Made by a program: the position numbers and the translations under genes
Notes under the pieces: model-generated
The model's input: only the letters and a program-made list of their open reading frames with translations
Databases searched by the model: none
What the model was told of the DNA's origin: nothing
NCBI GenBank assembly: GCA_964620905.1
Contig: CAZUKA010000001.1
Span: 158,524-222,523 of the forward strand
DNA: 64,000 bases
Source: an uncultured Gammaproteobacteria bacterium
GTDB taxonomy: Bacteria > Patescibacteriota > Patescibacteriia > S139-126
Direction of reading: 5' to 3'
In this document: piece after piece, positions 1-10,012 of the stretch
Layout: every line of letters begins with the position of its first letter
Position numbering within the stretch: the first letter of the stretch is position 1

Positions 1-550
1 TAACTACAATGGCAGGATAAACTAGAGCGCCGCGAACTTTTGCAACTAGATGATGATCTTTTTTCATTTGCAAGGTTAGTTGCTTTAATACTTGTTCTAG
101 TTGACCGGCAGCTTCACCAGTTTTTAACATATTAATATATAACTCACCAAATATCTTGACATAAGGTTGTAGACTCTCAGCCAATGATTTGCCCTTTTCT
201 ACTTTAGCTTGTACTTCCAATAAAATTTTTTGCATTTTTTTATTAGTAGTTTGTTTGGCCAAAGTATGTAAGGCTTGGGACATCGATATACCGGCTTTTA
301 CCATAACCATTAAATTTTGGGTAAAAAATATTTTTTCCGATGTAGGTACACCTGAAAGATCAATCAAATAGTTATTAATTTTATTTATCCAATCTTTTAT
401 TGAATTGGTAGTGTCAATTTGATTGTATTCAGTCAATATTAAATCGTGACTGGATAAATATTGTTCCAGTTCTTCGTGATTGGTTTTGTCAATCACGCCT
501 TTTTTGATCTCACCCTCTTTACTGCGGGCGGTGTAAGCAAATGATGGCAT
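1..550 (-). CDS. pilC: Type IV pilus / T2SS platform protein PilC/GspF, N-terminal part (gene runs off the window start)
   Basis: Manual minus-strand translation from the ATG at 548-550: MPSFAYTARSKEGEIKKGVIDKTNHEELEQYL...VKAGISMSQALHTLAK.... This matches the GspF/PilC N-terminal T2SSF domain. The start overlaps the pilB stop by one nucleotide (TAATG), consistent with the usual pilB-pilC operon order. Confidence 0.6.
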   Translation of the reverse strand, partial: MPSFAYTARSKEGEIKKGVIDKTNHEELEQYLSSHDLILTEYNQIDTTNSIKDWINKINNYLIDLSGVPTSEKIFFTQNLMVMVKAGISMSQALHTLAKQTTNKKMQKILLEVQAKVEKGKSLAESLQPYVKIFGELYINMLKTGEAAGQLEQVLKQLTLQMKKDHHLVAKVRGALVYPAIVV

Positions 551-2280
551 TATTCTTTGGTTACCCTAATTATTTCCTCAATGGTAGTAATACCATTTTT
601 GGCTTTAATAATTCCGTCTTCAAATAAGGTTAACATATTTTGTTTTTTGGCCACTTCTGAAAGTTCACGGTCAGTGGCTTTTTGCATGATTAATTTTTGA
701 ATAGCCGGAGTTACTTCTAGAGTTTCATAAATACCAATTCGTCCTTTATAACCATTGTTGTTACACTGCTTACAACCTTTACCGCGGTAAAAGAGCAGTT
801 CGGATAAAGGAATATCAACTGAATCGATTATTTTTTCTTGAACCAAGGTATTAAGTAAAGAATCTAAATTGTAACGTTGTTCAAGTTCCTTGATATTTTC
901 TTTATTTAAGTTAAAAGAATATATACAATTAGGACAAATTTTTCTTACTAAACGTTGGGCAACAATTAAATTGGTAGTAGTGGCAATTAAAAAACTGGCA
1001 ATACCCATGTCTTGTAATCTGGGAAGAGTGGAAACCGCATCATTGGTATGAAGGGTTGATAAAACTAAATGACCGGTCATAGCGGCATGAATAGCAATTT
1101 CAGCAGTTTCTAAATCTCTAATTTCACCAACCATAATTATATCTGGGTCTTGGCGTAAAAGAGAGCGTAAACCAGTGGCAAAGGTAAAACCAATTTTGGT
1201 GTTGATTTGTGATTGATTAACCCTCGGCATACGGTATTCAATTGGGTCTTCGACAGTGGCAATGTTGACTTTGGGGGTATTTAAAATATTTAAAATAGTA
1301 TAGAGCGTAGTAGTTTTACCACTTCCGGTAGGGCCGGTAACTAAGATCATTCCATGAGGTTTAGTTATATTGGTTTTGACAATCTCATAAGCTTTTTTAT
1401 GAAAACCTAGTTGTTCTAGAGTAAGGATCTGACTCGATTCATTAAGTAAACGTAAAACAATTTTTTCACCATCAAAAATTGGTATAATAGAAACACGAAA
1501 GGCGACTTTGTATTGATCAGTAGAAATTTTAAAGCGACCATCTTGTGGTAGCCGATGTTCATCCAATTTTAAGTTAGCCAAAATTTTTATTCTGGCTGTT
1601 ACCCCAGCTTGGGCATTTTTTGGTAAGGTCATAACATCACGTAAAATACCATCAATTCGATAACGAACTAATAAATTTTTTTCCATGGGTTCAATGTGGA
1701 TATCAGAAGCGCCTTCAAAAATAGCATATTCCAGCAGAGTATCAACAATACGAACCACCGGTAAATCAGTGGCTAATTCTTTTAAATCTTGTCCAGTAGA
1801 AGATTCTTGATTATCAGCAGTCGTAGTAATATCTTTAAATTCAGCTTTTAATCCTTTGTGGTATTGTTTGAGGGTATCTTTAATGGCTGCTGGATAAGTA
1901 AGGAATAATTCTAAATTCAAACCGGTTTTTTTCTTTATAAATTCAAAAGTTTGTAGATCGTCTGGATCTAAAGTTGCAATTTTTAAAGAATTTTCAGATA
2001 AATCAAAAGCAATAACCTGATGTGTTTTAGCAATAGGTTCAGGAATCATAAACAAAATGTCTTTGCGAATTACTTTTCCTTTTAAATTTATGAAAGGTAA
2101 ATTCAACTGTTGCGCAGCCATTTCATATAGGGCGTCTTCAGTTATAATTTTTTTTGCCAAAATAACATCAAGGATATTTGTATTTTCAGTCTTAGCTTCG
2201 TGACAGACTTGTTCAAAAATTTTTCGATCAACTAGTTTTTGGCTAAAAAGAACTTTTTTTATAAGATCATTATTGAGCAT
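550..2280 (-). CDS. pilB: Type IV pilus assembly / T2SS ATPase PilB/GspE
   Basis: 576 aa. The N-terminal region resembles a GspE_N domain. Walker A is GPTGSGKTTT, and there is an Asp box plus a C-terminal tetracysteine CPNC...CKQC, all typical of GspE/PilB. Confidence 0.85.
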   Translation of the reverse strand: MLNNDLIKKVLFSQKLVDRKIFEQVCHEAKTENTNILDVILAKKIITEDALYEMAAQQLNLPFINLKGKVIRKDILFMIPEPIAKTHQVIAFDLSENSLKIATLDPDDLQTFEFIKKKTGLNLELFLTYPAAIKDTLKQYHKGLKAEFKDITTTADNQESSTGQDLKELATDLPVVRIVDTLLEYAIFEGASDIHIEPMEKNLLVRYRIDGILRDVMTLPKNAQAGVTARIKILANLKLDEHRLPQDGRFKISTDQYKVAFRVSIIPIFDGEKIVLRLLNESSQILTLEQLGFHKKAYEIVKTNITKPHGMILVTGPTGSGKTTTLYTILNILNTPKVNIATVEDPIEYRMPRVNQSQINTKIGFTFATGLRSLLRQDPDIIMVGEIRDLETAEIAIHAAMTGHLVLSTLHTNDAVSTLPRLQDMGIASFLIATTTNLIVAQRLVRKICPNCIYSFNLNKENIKELEQRYNLDSLLNTLVQEKIIDSVDIPLSELLFYRGKGCKQCNNNGYKGRIGIYETLEVTPAIQKLIMQKATDRELSEVAKKQNMLTLFEDGIIKAKNGITTIEEIIRVTKE

Positions 2281-2357
2281 GGTTTTATTTTACTAAATTA
2301 TACCACAAACTACTTCTTCTGTAAAAATGCTTAAAAGTTGACTTTGATGTATTTTTA

Positions 2358-2732
2358 TTGGATGATATATATATGCTTAAACGTTTTTTCAGTTTAAATA
2401 CGATCTCAGTCGGAAGAATAATTATTTCCACAAATCTTTTAATTTTAATTTTTCACTGGTTTTGGTTGTTTTTTAATATACGTTTCAGTAATGAAGTTAT
2501 ACCTTTGCATTATAATGTTTATTATGGGATTGATTGGTTTGGACCTAAATATTATTTATATCTTTTCCCTTTATTAGGAACTTTATGGTTGTTGGTTGGC
2601 TTCTTGCTGGGTATTAAATGGCGACGTCAACATATTGTTACGTCTTTGTTTTTATTTAGTTATATTTTATTACTAAATTTGTTTTTAATAGCGGGATCCT
2701 TTTTGCTTTTTGTATTTTATTTAAATAATTAA
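2358..2732 (+). CDS. Hypothetical small polytopic membrane protein
   Basis: 124-aa ORF, very hydrophobic with 3-4 predicted TM segments. It sits immediately upstream of mraY and ends 3 nt before the mraY start. No recognisable motif. Confidence 0.35.
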   Translation: MDDIYMLKRFFSLNTISVGRIIISTNLLILIFHWFWLFFNIRFSNEVIPLHYNVYYGIDWFGPKYYLYLFPLLGTLWLLVGFLLGIKWRRQHIVTSLFLFSYILLLNLFLIAGSFLLFVFYLNN

Positions 2733-2734
2733 AT

Positions 2735-3781
2735 ATGGTAGAAACAGCAATTATTAAGATTTTTTTTATTACTGTTTTGTCATTCTCCTTGGCAATATTT
2801 TTAACACCCTTACTCACACATTTTCTCTATAAATATAAATTGGGTAAACGCATTCGGGCAGAAGCTAGTGCACCTATCATGTCTAAGTTGCATCAAGCCA
2901 AATCAGGTACTCCCACTATGGGTGGTATTTTGATTTGGTTTTCGGTTTTAGTCTTGGCTCTAACAATAAATACTTTATGGCATTTTACTGGTTGGCAATT
3001 TTTTTCTGATATTAATTTTTTGACTCGTCCAGAAACCTGGCTTCCTTTAGGGGCTTTGATAATTAGTGCCTTAGTCGGTCTATTTGATGATTTTTTGAAT
3101 ATTCATGGAATTGGTTCAAATGGTGGCGGTTTGAAAGTCAGGCATCGTTTATTAGCTTACACTTTGATTGCCAGTGGTGGTGCCTATTGGTTTTTTTATA
3201 AATTACAATGGGACGTAATTCATGTTCCCTTTCTGGGTAATTATAGTATTGGTATATGGTATATTCCGATTTTTATATTTATTATTGTGGCAACAGCTTT
3301 TTCTGTTAATGAAACTGATGGGCTCGATGGTTTGGCGGGTGGGGGATTATTATCAGCCTTTACTGCTTTTGGCACAATTGCTTTTGTACAAGGCAAGTAC
3401 GATTTAGCAGCATTTTGTGGCGCAATTGTTGGGGCACTTTTGGCTTTTTTATGGTTTAATATTAACCCGGCCAGGTTTTTTATGGGTGATACTGGGGCAA
3501 TGTCATTGGGAGTAACTTTGGGGATAGTTGCTATGTTGACTAATACAGTTTTGATATTACCAATTATAGGTTTTTTATTTATGTTGGAAACCTTATCCGT
3601 TTTAACTCAAATTATTTCTAAAAAAATTAGAGGTAAAAAGGTTTTTTTATCAACTCCAATTCATCACCATTTTGAAGCTATTGGTTGGTCAGAACCTAAG
3701 ATAGTGATGCGTTTTTGGATTATTTCCGGGGTGATGGCCGTTATTGGTTTGATAGTATTTTTGCTTGATTATTTGTATTAA
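2735..3781 (+). CDS. mraY: Phospho-N-acetylmuramoyl-pentapeptide transferase MraY
   Basis: 348 aa. Motifs DDFLNI, NETDGLDGLAGG, FMGDTGAMSLG and the terminal HHHFE are the conserved MraY/polyprenyl-phosphate N-acetylhexosamine-1-P transferase signatures. Confidence 0.9.
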   Translation: MVETAIIKIFFITVLSFSLAIFLTPLLTHFLYKYKLGKRIRAEASAPIMSKLHQAKSGTPTMGGILIWFSVLVLALTINTLWHFTGWQFFSDINFLTRPETWLPLGALIISALVGLFDDFLNIHGIGSNGGGLKVRHRLLAYTLIASGGAYWFFYKLQWDVIHVPFLGNYSIGIWYIPIFIFIIVATAFSVNETDGLDGLAGGGLLSAFTAFGTIAFVQGKYDLAAFCGAIVGALLAFLWFNINPARFFMGDTGAMSLGVTLGIVAMLTNTVLILPIIGFLFMLETLSVLTQIISKKIRGKKVFLSTPIHHHFEAIGWSEPKIVMRFWIISGVMAVIGLIVFLLDYLY

Positions 3782-4094
3782 TTTTATGAAAAAATATTAT
3801 TTACAAAATTGGTTCAAAGCTGTTTATTTAGCCACCGCCATAATTTTTTGGTTGGGGCTTGGTATTATTTGTCATGCTTTGATTGAGTATCCACTACTTT
3901 TTTTTCTAACAAAAAATTTTACTCTTTACTCTATGGGAATTAGTTATGATGCTTGGTTGTCTCTGCATACTATTTTTTCATTTTTGGTTTTATGTTTTTC
4001 CCTTTCGGCGGGAACATATTTTGGTTTGATTTGGTATGACTATATTTACATTCAATATGAAGGCAGAATTGAATACAAATTTTTTAGGAAATAA
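3765..4094 (+). CDS. Hypothetical small membrane protein (questionable)
   Basis: 109-aa hydrophobic ORF filling the mraY-murD gap. It overlaps the predicted murD start, so it may instead be intergenic if murD starts at 4036. Confidence 0.2.
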   Translation: MIICINFMKKYYLQNWFKAVYLATAIIFWLGLGIICHALIEYPLLFFLTKNFTLYSMGISYDAWLSLHTIFSFLVLCFSLSAGTYFGLIWYDYIYIQYEGRIEYKFFRK

Positions 4095-5463
4095 AAAAAT
4101 AATTGTTTTTGGACTGGGTTTACACGGTGGTGGTTTGGCTTTGGCAAATTGGTTAAATCGACAACATGCTGACGTTATTGTGACAGATAAAAAAAGTGCT
4201 ACTGATTTACGTGCCAGTTTAAAAAAATTAAAATTACCACCTAACCATGTTTTTTTGGGACAGGAACCAAAGTTATCTTGGTTAAAAAATACTGATTTAG
4301 TTTTGCAAAATCCAGGTGTACCAAGTGAACATTTTTTTATCAAAGCGGCAAAAAAAAGAAAAATTAAGGTTTTAAACGAAGCAGCTTTGTTTTTTTTGTT
4401 GGTTGATAGGCCAATCATTGGCATCACTGGAAGCAAAGGCAAATCAACTAGTACTCATTTACTCGGTAAAATTCTGGTCGCTTATTTTAAAAACACACTG
4501 GTTGGTGGAAATATCAGAATTAACCCCATGTTTAAAATAATTGATCGAATTAAATCTAACAGTAAGATTGTTTTGGAATTGTCTTCTTGGCAGTTGGAGG
4601 GTCTTAAGGTTATTAAAAAATCACCCCAGGTTAGTTTATTGACAAATATAACACCTGAACATTTAAATCGTTATGCCAGTTTTTCAAGTTATATAGCTGC
4701 AAAATATTTAATTTTTAAATATCAAAACAAAAATGATCTGGCAATTTTAAATTGGGATGACCAGATTTCACGTCAGTTAATAAAAAAAATAAAATCACAA
4801 ATTTATTTTTTTAGTATTAGACGAAAAGTACCTCGTGGTATTTTTGTAAATGGTAAAAAAATATTTTTTACCGACCAGGGTAAATTAGATTTTATAACTT
4901 CTATTGATAAAATTAAACTTCAAGGATTACATAATCTGCAAAATATATTAGGGGCAATTTGTGTGGCTTATAAATTAGGAATACCAAAAAAAATTATTAT
5001 TCAAATAATTCAAAACTATCAAGGTTTGAGTGACCGCTTGGAAGTTGTGCGGACCTATAAACGAATTATTTTTATCAATGATACCACAGCCACGGCGCCG
5101 GTTGCAACAATCGCGGCACTTAATTCCTTTCCGGAGAAACTAATTATAATCGCTGGGGGTAGTTCCAAAAAATTACCAGTTGATAATTTAGCAAAAACTA
5201 TTAAGAGAAAGGCCAAATTTTGTTTATTATTTGCTGGAGATGGTAGTAATGAATTGATCACGGCTTTACAAAAAATAAATTATCCAAAAAATAAATTGTT
5301 GGTCAATTATAACAGTATGTCAAAAATAGTAATTGATGCCTTTGGTTTGGCTAGAGCTGGAGATAAAATTATACTTTCTCCAGGTTTTGCTAGTTTTGGC
5401 AACTTTATAAATGAATTTGATCGAGGGAGACAATTTGTTAGTTGGGTAAAAAGAATAAAATGA
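4036..5463 (+). CDS. murD: UDP-N-acetylmuramoylalanine--D-glutamate ligase MurD
   Basis: 475 aa. N-terminal Rossmann start KKIIVFGLGLHGGG, the Mur ligase P-loop GITGSKGKST and NDTTATAP are all present. Position in the dcw cluster fits. Confidence 0.85.
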   Translation: MTIFTFNMKAELNTNFLGNKKIIVFGLGLHGGGLALANWLNRQHADVIVTDKKSATDLRASLKKLKLPPNHVFLGQEPKLSWLKNTDLVLQNPGVPSEHFFIKAAKKRKIKVLNEAALFFLLVDRPIIGITGSKGKSTSTHLLGKILVAYFKNTLVGGNIRINPMFKIIDRIKSNSKIVLELSSWQLEGLKVIKKSPQVSLLTNITPEHLNRYASFSSYIAAKYLIFKYQNKNDLAILNWDDQISRQLIKKIKSQIYFFSIRRKVPRGIFVNGKKIFFTDQGKLDFITSIDKIKLQGLHNLQNILGAICVAYKLGIPKKIIIQIIQNYQGLSDRLEVVRTYKRIIFINDTTATAPVATIAALNSFPEKLIIIAGGSSKKLPVDNLAKTIKRKAKFCLLFAGDGSNELITALQKINYPKNKLLVNYNSMSKIVIDAFGLARAGDKIILSPGFASFGNFINEFDRGRQFVSWVKRIK

Positions 5464-6632
5464 ATAAAAGGCTAGCTAACAACAAAAAAAATTTTTATAA
5501 ATGGTTATTTTATAAAAATGGTCCACATGATCCCGATTATACTTTATTGGTGGTATTGGGATTGATTTTGATATTCGGTTTAGTTTTTTTGGCTTCAGCT
5601 TCGTGGGTTACTTCATTTGAAGCTCATCAAGATCCATATTTTTTGTTGAAAGAGCAATTTTTTAAAGGTATTTTTTTTGGTTTTATTCTATTTTTTATTT
5701 GCAGCCATATTGATTATAATTTTTGGCGAAAAAACGCTTGGTTAATTTTATTGGTGGGGATTGGGTTATTGTTGTTGGTTTTTATTCCAACTATAGGTAA
5801 GACTGTCAATAATGCCCAACGCTGGATAAACCTATTTGGCTTTTCTTTTCAACCTTCAGAGTTTATTAAATTAGCCCTAATAATTTATTTGTCCGCTTGG
5901 TTTGCAAGTAAAAAAAATGAGATAAAAGATTTTTCTAAAGTTTTTATACCTTTTGTTATTATTGTGGCTTTAATCGCTTTTTTGATAATGCTACAACCCG
6001 ACATGGGTACAACTTTACTAGTGGTGGCCATTTGTTTGTCATTATATTTTTTAGCTGGAGGGCAGATTGGTTTATTAGCAGGACTAAGTTTAGTTGGAGG
6101 CGGGCTTTTTTATTTTTTAATTAAAAAAGCAGCTTATCGTGCTAATCGTTTAATGGTTTATTTGAATCCAGAATTGGATCCATTGGGGATTGGTTATCAT
6201 ATTAATCAGGCAATTTTAGCAGTTGGTTCAGGAGGAATATTTGGTCGAGGCCTTGGACGTTCGCGACAAAAATTCAATTATTTGCCAGAAGTTGCTAGTG
6301 ATTCTATTTTTGCCGTGATTGCTGAAGAACTAGGCTTTATTTTTACTTTTTTATTTTTACTTTTTTATTTTTACTTTTTTTATCTAGTTTTCCGTCTAAG
6401 CAAAAATGCGCCTGATGAGTTTTCTCGACTAATGATTTTAGGGGTATTTGTTTTGCTGGTTTGGCAAAGTTTATTAAATATCATGGCAATGTTAGGTTTG
6501 GTTCCTTTAACCGGTGCACCGTTGCCACTAATTTCTTATGGTTCATCATCGATGGTAATTATATTAGCTGGTTTGGGAATTGTGTTTAATATTTCCCAGT
6601 TTACTAAAAATAATAAAGCAAAATTTTTATGA
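5442..6632 (+). CDS. ftsW: SEDS-family peptidoglycan glycosyltransferase FtsW/RodA
   Basis: 396 aa, about 10 TM segments, with FtsW/RodA family motifs (QPSEF.K, PDMGT). Lies between murD and murG as in canonical dcw clusters. Confidence 0.8.
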   Translation: MGKKNKMNKRLANNKKNFYKWLFYKNGPHDPDYTLLVVLGLILIFGLVFLASASWVTSFEAHQDPYFLLKEQFFKGIFFGFILFFICSHIDYNFWRKNAWLILLVGIGLLLLVFIPTIGKTVNNAQRWINLFGFSFQPSEFIKLALIIYLSAWFASKKNEIKDFSKVFIPFVIIVALIAFLIMLQPDMGTTLLVVAICLSLYFLAGGQIGLLAGLSLVGGGLFYFLIKKAAYRANRLMVYLNPELDPLGIGYHINQAILAVGSGGIFGRGLGRSRQKFNYLPEVASDSIFAVIAEELGFIFTFLFLLFYFYFFYLVFRLSKNAPDEFSRLMILGVFVLLVWQSLLNIMAMLGLVPLTGAPLPLISYGSSSMVIILAGLGIVFNISQFTKNNKAKFL

Positions 6633-7726
6633 AAATTTTATTTGTTGGCGGAGGTACAGGTGGGTCAGTAGCCCCACTACTGGCTTTAGCCCAATATTTA
6701 AAATTACAAAGTTTTGACCAGCCAATAGAATTTATTTGGCTGGGCACTTATCGTGGGCCAGAAAAAAATATGGTTTTAGCTGAGGATATTAATTTTATTT
6801 CAGTTTTTTCTGGTAAATGGCGTCGTTATTTTTCTTGGCAAAATTTCACTGACCTATTATTTATTTTATTCGGTTTTTTACAATCACTTTATTATTTTTA
6901 TCGATTAAAACCAGATATTTTAATCAGCGCTGGTAGTTTTGTTGCTGTGCCTGTTGGATTGGCAGCCTTTTTATTTCGTTGTCCACAAATTATTCATCAG
7001 CAGGATATTGCTAAGGGGTTAGCAAATAAACTGCTGTCTTTTTTTGCCAAAAAAATTACTGTATCTTTTCCAGAACAATTACCAAATTTTTCAGCCAATA
7101 AAACTGTTTTGACTGGAAATCCAGTACGTATACATATTTTGCAAGGAAATCGCGAAAAAGCTACTCAGTTGCTGGGTTTAGAACCAAATCTCCCAACAAT
7201 TTTAGTAGTTGGCGGTGGTACTGGCGCTTTAAGGTTAAATCAAATAATCAGTGGTGCACTGCCCGAACTCGTACAATTTTGCCAAGTAATCCATATTAGT
7301 GGTAAAAATAAAAAAATAAGCGCCCTGGCCTTGAAAGATTTTTCACCTCGTTATCATCAGTTTGATTTTATAATCAATGAAATGCCTGATTTTTTGGCCA
7401 TTGCTGATTTGGTAATTACCAGAGGTGGCATGGGTTTTTTATCTGAATTATCAGCTTTAGGGAAACCAACAATTATAATTCCTATTCCGCAAAGTCACCA
7501 AGAATTTAATGCCAATTATTTTTGTCAACAACAAGCAGCTATTTGTTTACCACAAGATTCATTATCTAGTCAAAGTTTGATTGATGATATAAAACATTTA
7601 TTGAAAGATGAGGAGTCTTTGCGTTTTCTAAGTCGTAATATCAAAAAAAATTTTAATCCGGATGCCGCGCGTTTATTGGCAGTAACAATTTTTAAAGTAT
7701 ATGCAGAAAAAAATTCTCGAATATAA
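6629..7726 (+). CDS. murG: UDP-GlcNAc:undecaprenyl-PP-MurNAc-pentapeptide GlcNAc transferase MurG
   Basis: 365 aa. N-terminal GGGTGG loop, a GT28 fold, and the C-terminal ITRGG/glycine-rich donor-binding region. Confidence 0.85.
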   Translation: MKILFVGGGTGGSVAPLLALAQYLKLQSFDQPIEFIWLGTYRGPEKNMVLAEDINFISVFSGKWRRYFSWQNFTDLLFILFGFLQSLYYFYRLKPDILISAGSFVAVPVGLAAFLFRCPQIIHQQDIAKGLANKLLSFFAKKITVSFPEQLPNFSANKTVLTGNPVRIHILQGNREKATQLLGLEPNLPTILVVGGGTGALRLNQIISGALPELVQFCQVIHISGKNKKISALALKDFSPRYHQFDFIINEMPDFLAIADLVITRGGMGFLSELSALGKPTIIIPIPQSHQEFNANYFCQQQAAICLPQDSLSSQSLIDDIKHLLKDEESLRFLSRNIKKNFNPDAARLLAVTIFKVYAEKNSRI

Positions 7727-9089
7727 AAATTGGCATTTAGTCGGAATTAAAGGTGGGGGGATGACCGCTTTGGCTTTGTTGTTAAAAAGTATGAACAAAA
7801 ATATAACCGGTAGCGATTCGTCAGAAAAATTTTATACAGATAAAGTTTTAAAAAAACATCAAATAAAATTTTTTGAAAATTTTTCACCAGCCAATATTCC
7901 CGTTGAAACTGAAGTAGTAGTCCATTCGACAGCTTATGATCCAAATACAAATACCGAGTGTATTTTTGCCAAAACTGAAAAACTGATTTTACTCACTTAT
8001 CCTGAGGCTTTAGCTGAATTAATAAATTCTAAATTGACTATTGCTATTGCTGGTACTCATGGTAAAACCACCACTACTGCTTGGTTAGCATATGTTTTGG
8101 ATAAGTGTGGTTTTAAACCATCGGCACTGGTCGGGTCCAATGTACCTCAATTTGGTGGTAATACCTTAGCGGGAAAATCTGATTTGTTTTTAGTTGAAAC
8201 TGATGAGTATCAAAATAAATTTAAATATTATAATCCTCAGGCAATAATTTTGAATAATATTGATTGGGACCATCCTGATTATTTTGCTTCAGCTAATGAT
8301 TATTTGTCAGTTTTCAAAGAATATATTGCTAAGATTCCTGCCAAAGGTTTTTTGGTCGCAGGAATAGACAATAAAAATGTTTTTGAATTAAGTAAAAATT
8401 TTTCCAAAAAACTAATTACCTTTGGTTTAGAAAGACAAGCTGATTGGCAAGCAAAAAATATTCAGATTAAAAAAGAAACAATTTTTGATGTTTATTGGCA
8501 ACAACGGCTTTGGCATTCGGCTGTAAAAATTAGTTTATTTGGTGATTTTAATGTTTTAAATGCTTTAGCGGTAATTGCTACGGCAGTTGAGCTTGGCGCC
8601 AATAAAGAGAAAATTTTATCTGCCCTGTATGCTTTTAGTGGTACGGAAAGACGTTTTGAAAAAAAAGGAGCTATCAGTAATTCTGTAATATATGATGATT
8701 TTGCTCATCACCCTGGAGAAATAAAACCAACTCTTAGTATGGTTAAAAAACTTTTTCCAGAAAAAAATATAATTGTAGTATTTCATCCCCATACTTTTAC
8801 TCGGACATTAAAATTACTAACAGATTTTTGTCAGAGTTTTATTGATGCCGATGAAGTTCTTTTATTAGATATATATGGTAGTGCTCGTGAGAAACAAGGT
8901 GGTATTGATGCTGAAACATTAACTGCGGAAATTAATAAAGTAAGCAAGAATGCTAAATATATCAAAAATATTGACAGTGCAGTTGCTTATCTACAAAAAA
9001 AATTAAATGAAAATAATGTTATAATTACCATGGGAGCTGGTGATGTTTGGCGGGTAGGCACAGATTTATTAAATTTAAAACATGACTAA
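7701..9089 (+). CDS. murC: UDP-N-acetylmuramate--L-alanine ligase MurC
   Basis: 462 aa. GIKGGGMTALA N-terminus, Mur ligase P-loop GTHGKTTTTAW, and the C-terminal HPHT motif. Confidence 0.85.
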   Translation: MQKKILEYKNWHLVGIKGGGMTALALLLKSMNKNITGSDSSEKFYTDKVLKKHQIKFFENFSPANIPVETEVVVHSTAYDPNTNTECIFAKTEKLILLTYPEALAELINSKLTIAIAGTHGKTTTTAWLAYVLDKCGFKPSALVGSNVPQFGGNTLAGKSDLFLVETDEYQNKFKYYNPQAIILNNIDWDHPDYFASANDYLSVFKEYIAKIPAKGFLVAGIDNKNVFELSKNFSKKLITFGLERQADWQAKNIQIKKETIFDVYWQQRLWHSAVKISLFGDFNVLNALAVIATAVELGANKEKILSALYAFSGTERRFEKKGAISNSVIYDDFAHHPGEIKPTLSMVKKLFPEKNIIVVFHPHTFTRTLKLLTDFCQSFIDADEVLLLDIYGSAREKQGGIDAETLTAEINKVSKNAKYIKNIDSAVAYLQKKLNENNVIITMGAGDVWRVGTDLLNLKHD

Positions 9090-9651
9090 ATTAGAACAAC
9101 AATTAATCAAACTTTTTGACGACAAGGTTTTGTTTGACGTAAAAATGTCTGATTTTTCAACAAGTGGACTGGGGGGTAGAGTAAAATATTTTTATCAGGC
9201 TAAAGATGTATTAGATTTTAACAAAGCTTGCCAGCTAGCCAAGGATCATAATTTATTTTTTTTTGCTTTTACGAGTAAAGATAATTTTTTAGTAGCCAGT
9301 ACCGGATATGACCAGTTGTTGATTTATTTACCAGATAATTTAAAAAAAGAAAAAAACATCAAACTTTTTAAATCATTATCGTTGGATAAAAACATACAAA
9401 AAATTATTACTCATGAACGATTGGAAGTTTTACCCAATAAAATTTTAACACCAGCTATTTTTTTAAAACATTTAGGTTTAACCGATAAAGTATTTGGTGG
9501 AATTAGACAATTGGCTGATAATCCCAATGTAGCAGAAAATTTTAATCAAGGTTCGTTGGATGATTTAGTAATTATGTCATCTTATTTAAAACAGCAAGTT
9601 AGAGATAAACTGGGCTTGCAGTTTTATGATCATTATCAAATAATAAGTTAA
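9082..9651 (+). CDS. MurB-like protein with large internal deletion (mini-MurB, probably non-catalytic)
   Basis: 189 aa. The N-terminal approx. 75 aa align to the MurB FAD-binding start (TSGLGGRVKYFY..., cf. TKTGGNADFY), but the GxGSN FAD motif is replaced by FTSKDNFL. The C-terminal approx. 60 aa resemble the MurB C-terminal strand region (VFGGIRQL..., LKQQVRDKLGLQF...). The central catalytic half is missing. Sits in the canonical murB position after murC. Confidence 0.4.
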   Translation: MTKLEQQLIKLFDDKVLFDVKMSDFSTSGLGGRVKYFYQAKDVLDFNKACQLAKDHNLFFFAFTSKDNFLVASTGYDQLLIYLPDNLKKEKNIKLFKSLSLDKNIQKIITHERLEVLPNKILTPAIFLKHLGLTDKVFGGIRQLADNPNVAENFNQGSLDDLVIMSSYLKQQVRDKLGLQFYDHYQIIS

Positions 9652-9655
9652 TTTT

Positions 9656-9970
9656 ATGAATATTATCATTAAAGGTACCAATTTTGAATTAGATGGAGAG
9701 ATGAAAAAATTTATAACAGAAAAATTTTTGCGAGTTGATAAATTTAATCATAGTATTCAAGAAGTTAGGATTGAAATTGAACAAGATAAACATCACCAAA
9801 AAGGAAATGTTGTCCGTTGCGAAGCCAATGTTTTAATTGATGGACAATTGCTTAGAGTTGAGAAAAAAGCCGAATCTTTTGTTAAAGTTGTGAACAAAGT
9901 AAAAGATCATCTAAAATTGATAATTATTAGACAGAGAAAAAAAATTATCACTAAGCAAAGAAAAAGATAA
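9656..9970 (+). CDS. hpf: Ribosome hibernation-promoting factor / RaiA (sigma-54 modulation protein family)
   Basis: 104 aa. MNIIIKGTNFELDGEMKKFI... matches the YfiA/HPF short form. It is immediately upstream of secA, an arrangement seen in many bacteria. Confidence 0.75.
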   Translation: MNIIIKGTNFELDGEMKKFITEKFLRVDKFNHSIQEVRIEIEQDKHHQKGNVVRCEANVLIDGQLLRVEKKAESFVKVVNKVKDHLKLIIIRQRKKIITKQRKR

Positions 9971-10012
9971 ATAGTTTTCTAAATCAAAACAGTATGTTAG
10001 AATAATAAAATT

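Noticed and set aside
189-371. 60-aa plus-strand ORF at the window start
   Set aside because: It overlaps the clearly PilC-homologous minus-strand reading frame and is a spurious antisense ORF.
3990-4442. 150-aa minus-strand ORF antisense to murD (and similar antisense ORFs at 5055..5261, 7747..7950, 16775..16987, 18541..18810, 37564..37749, 40097..40312, 41039..41287, 45096..45322, 47284..47577, 50358..50585, 52889..53101, 53766..54011, 56621..56818, 57214..57597, 59187..59498, 62237..62488)
   Set aside because: Each is fully embedded antisense or out of frame within a strongly supported conserved gene. Composition is low-complexity, and AT-rich genomes generate such ORFs by chance.
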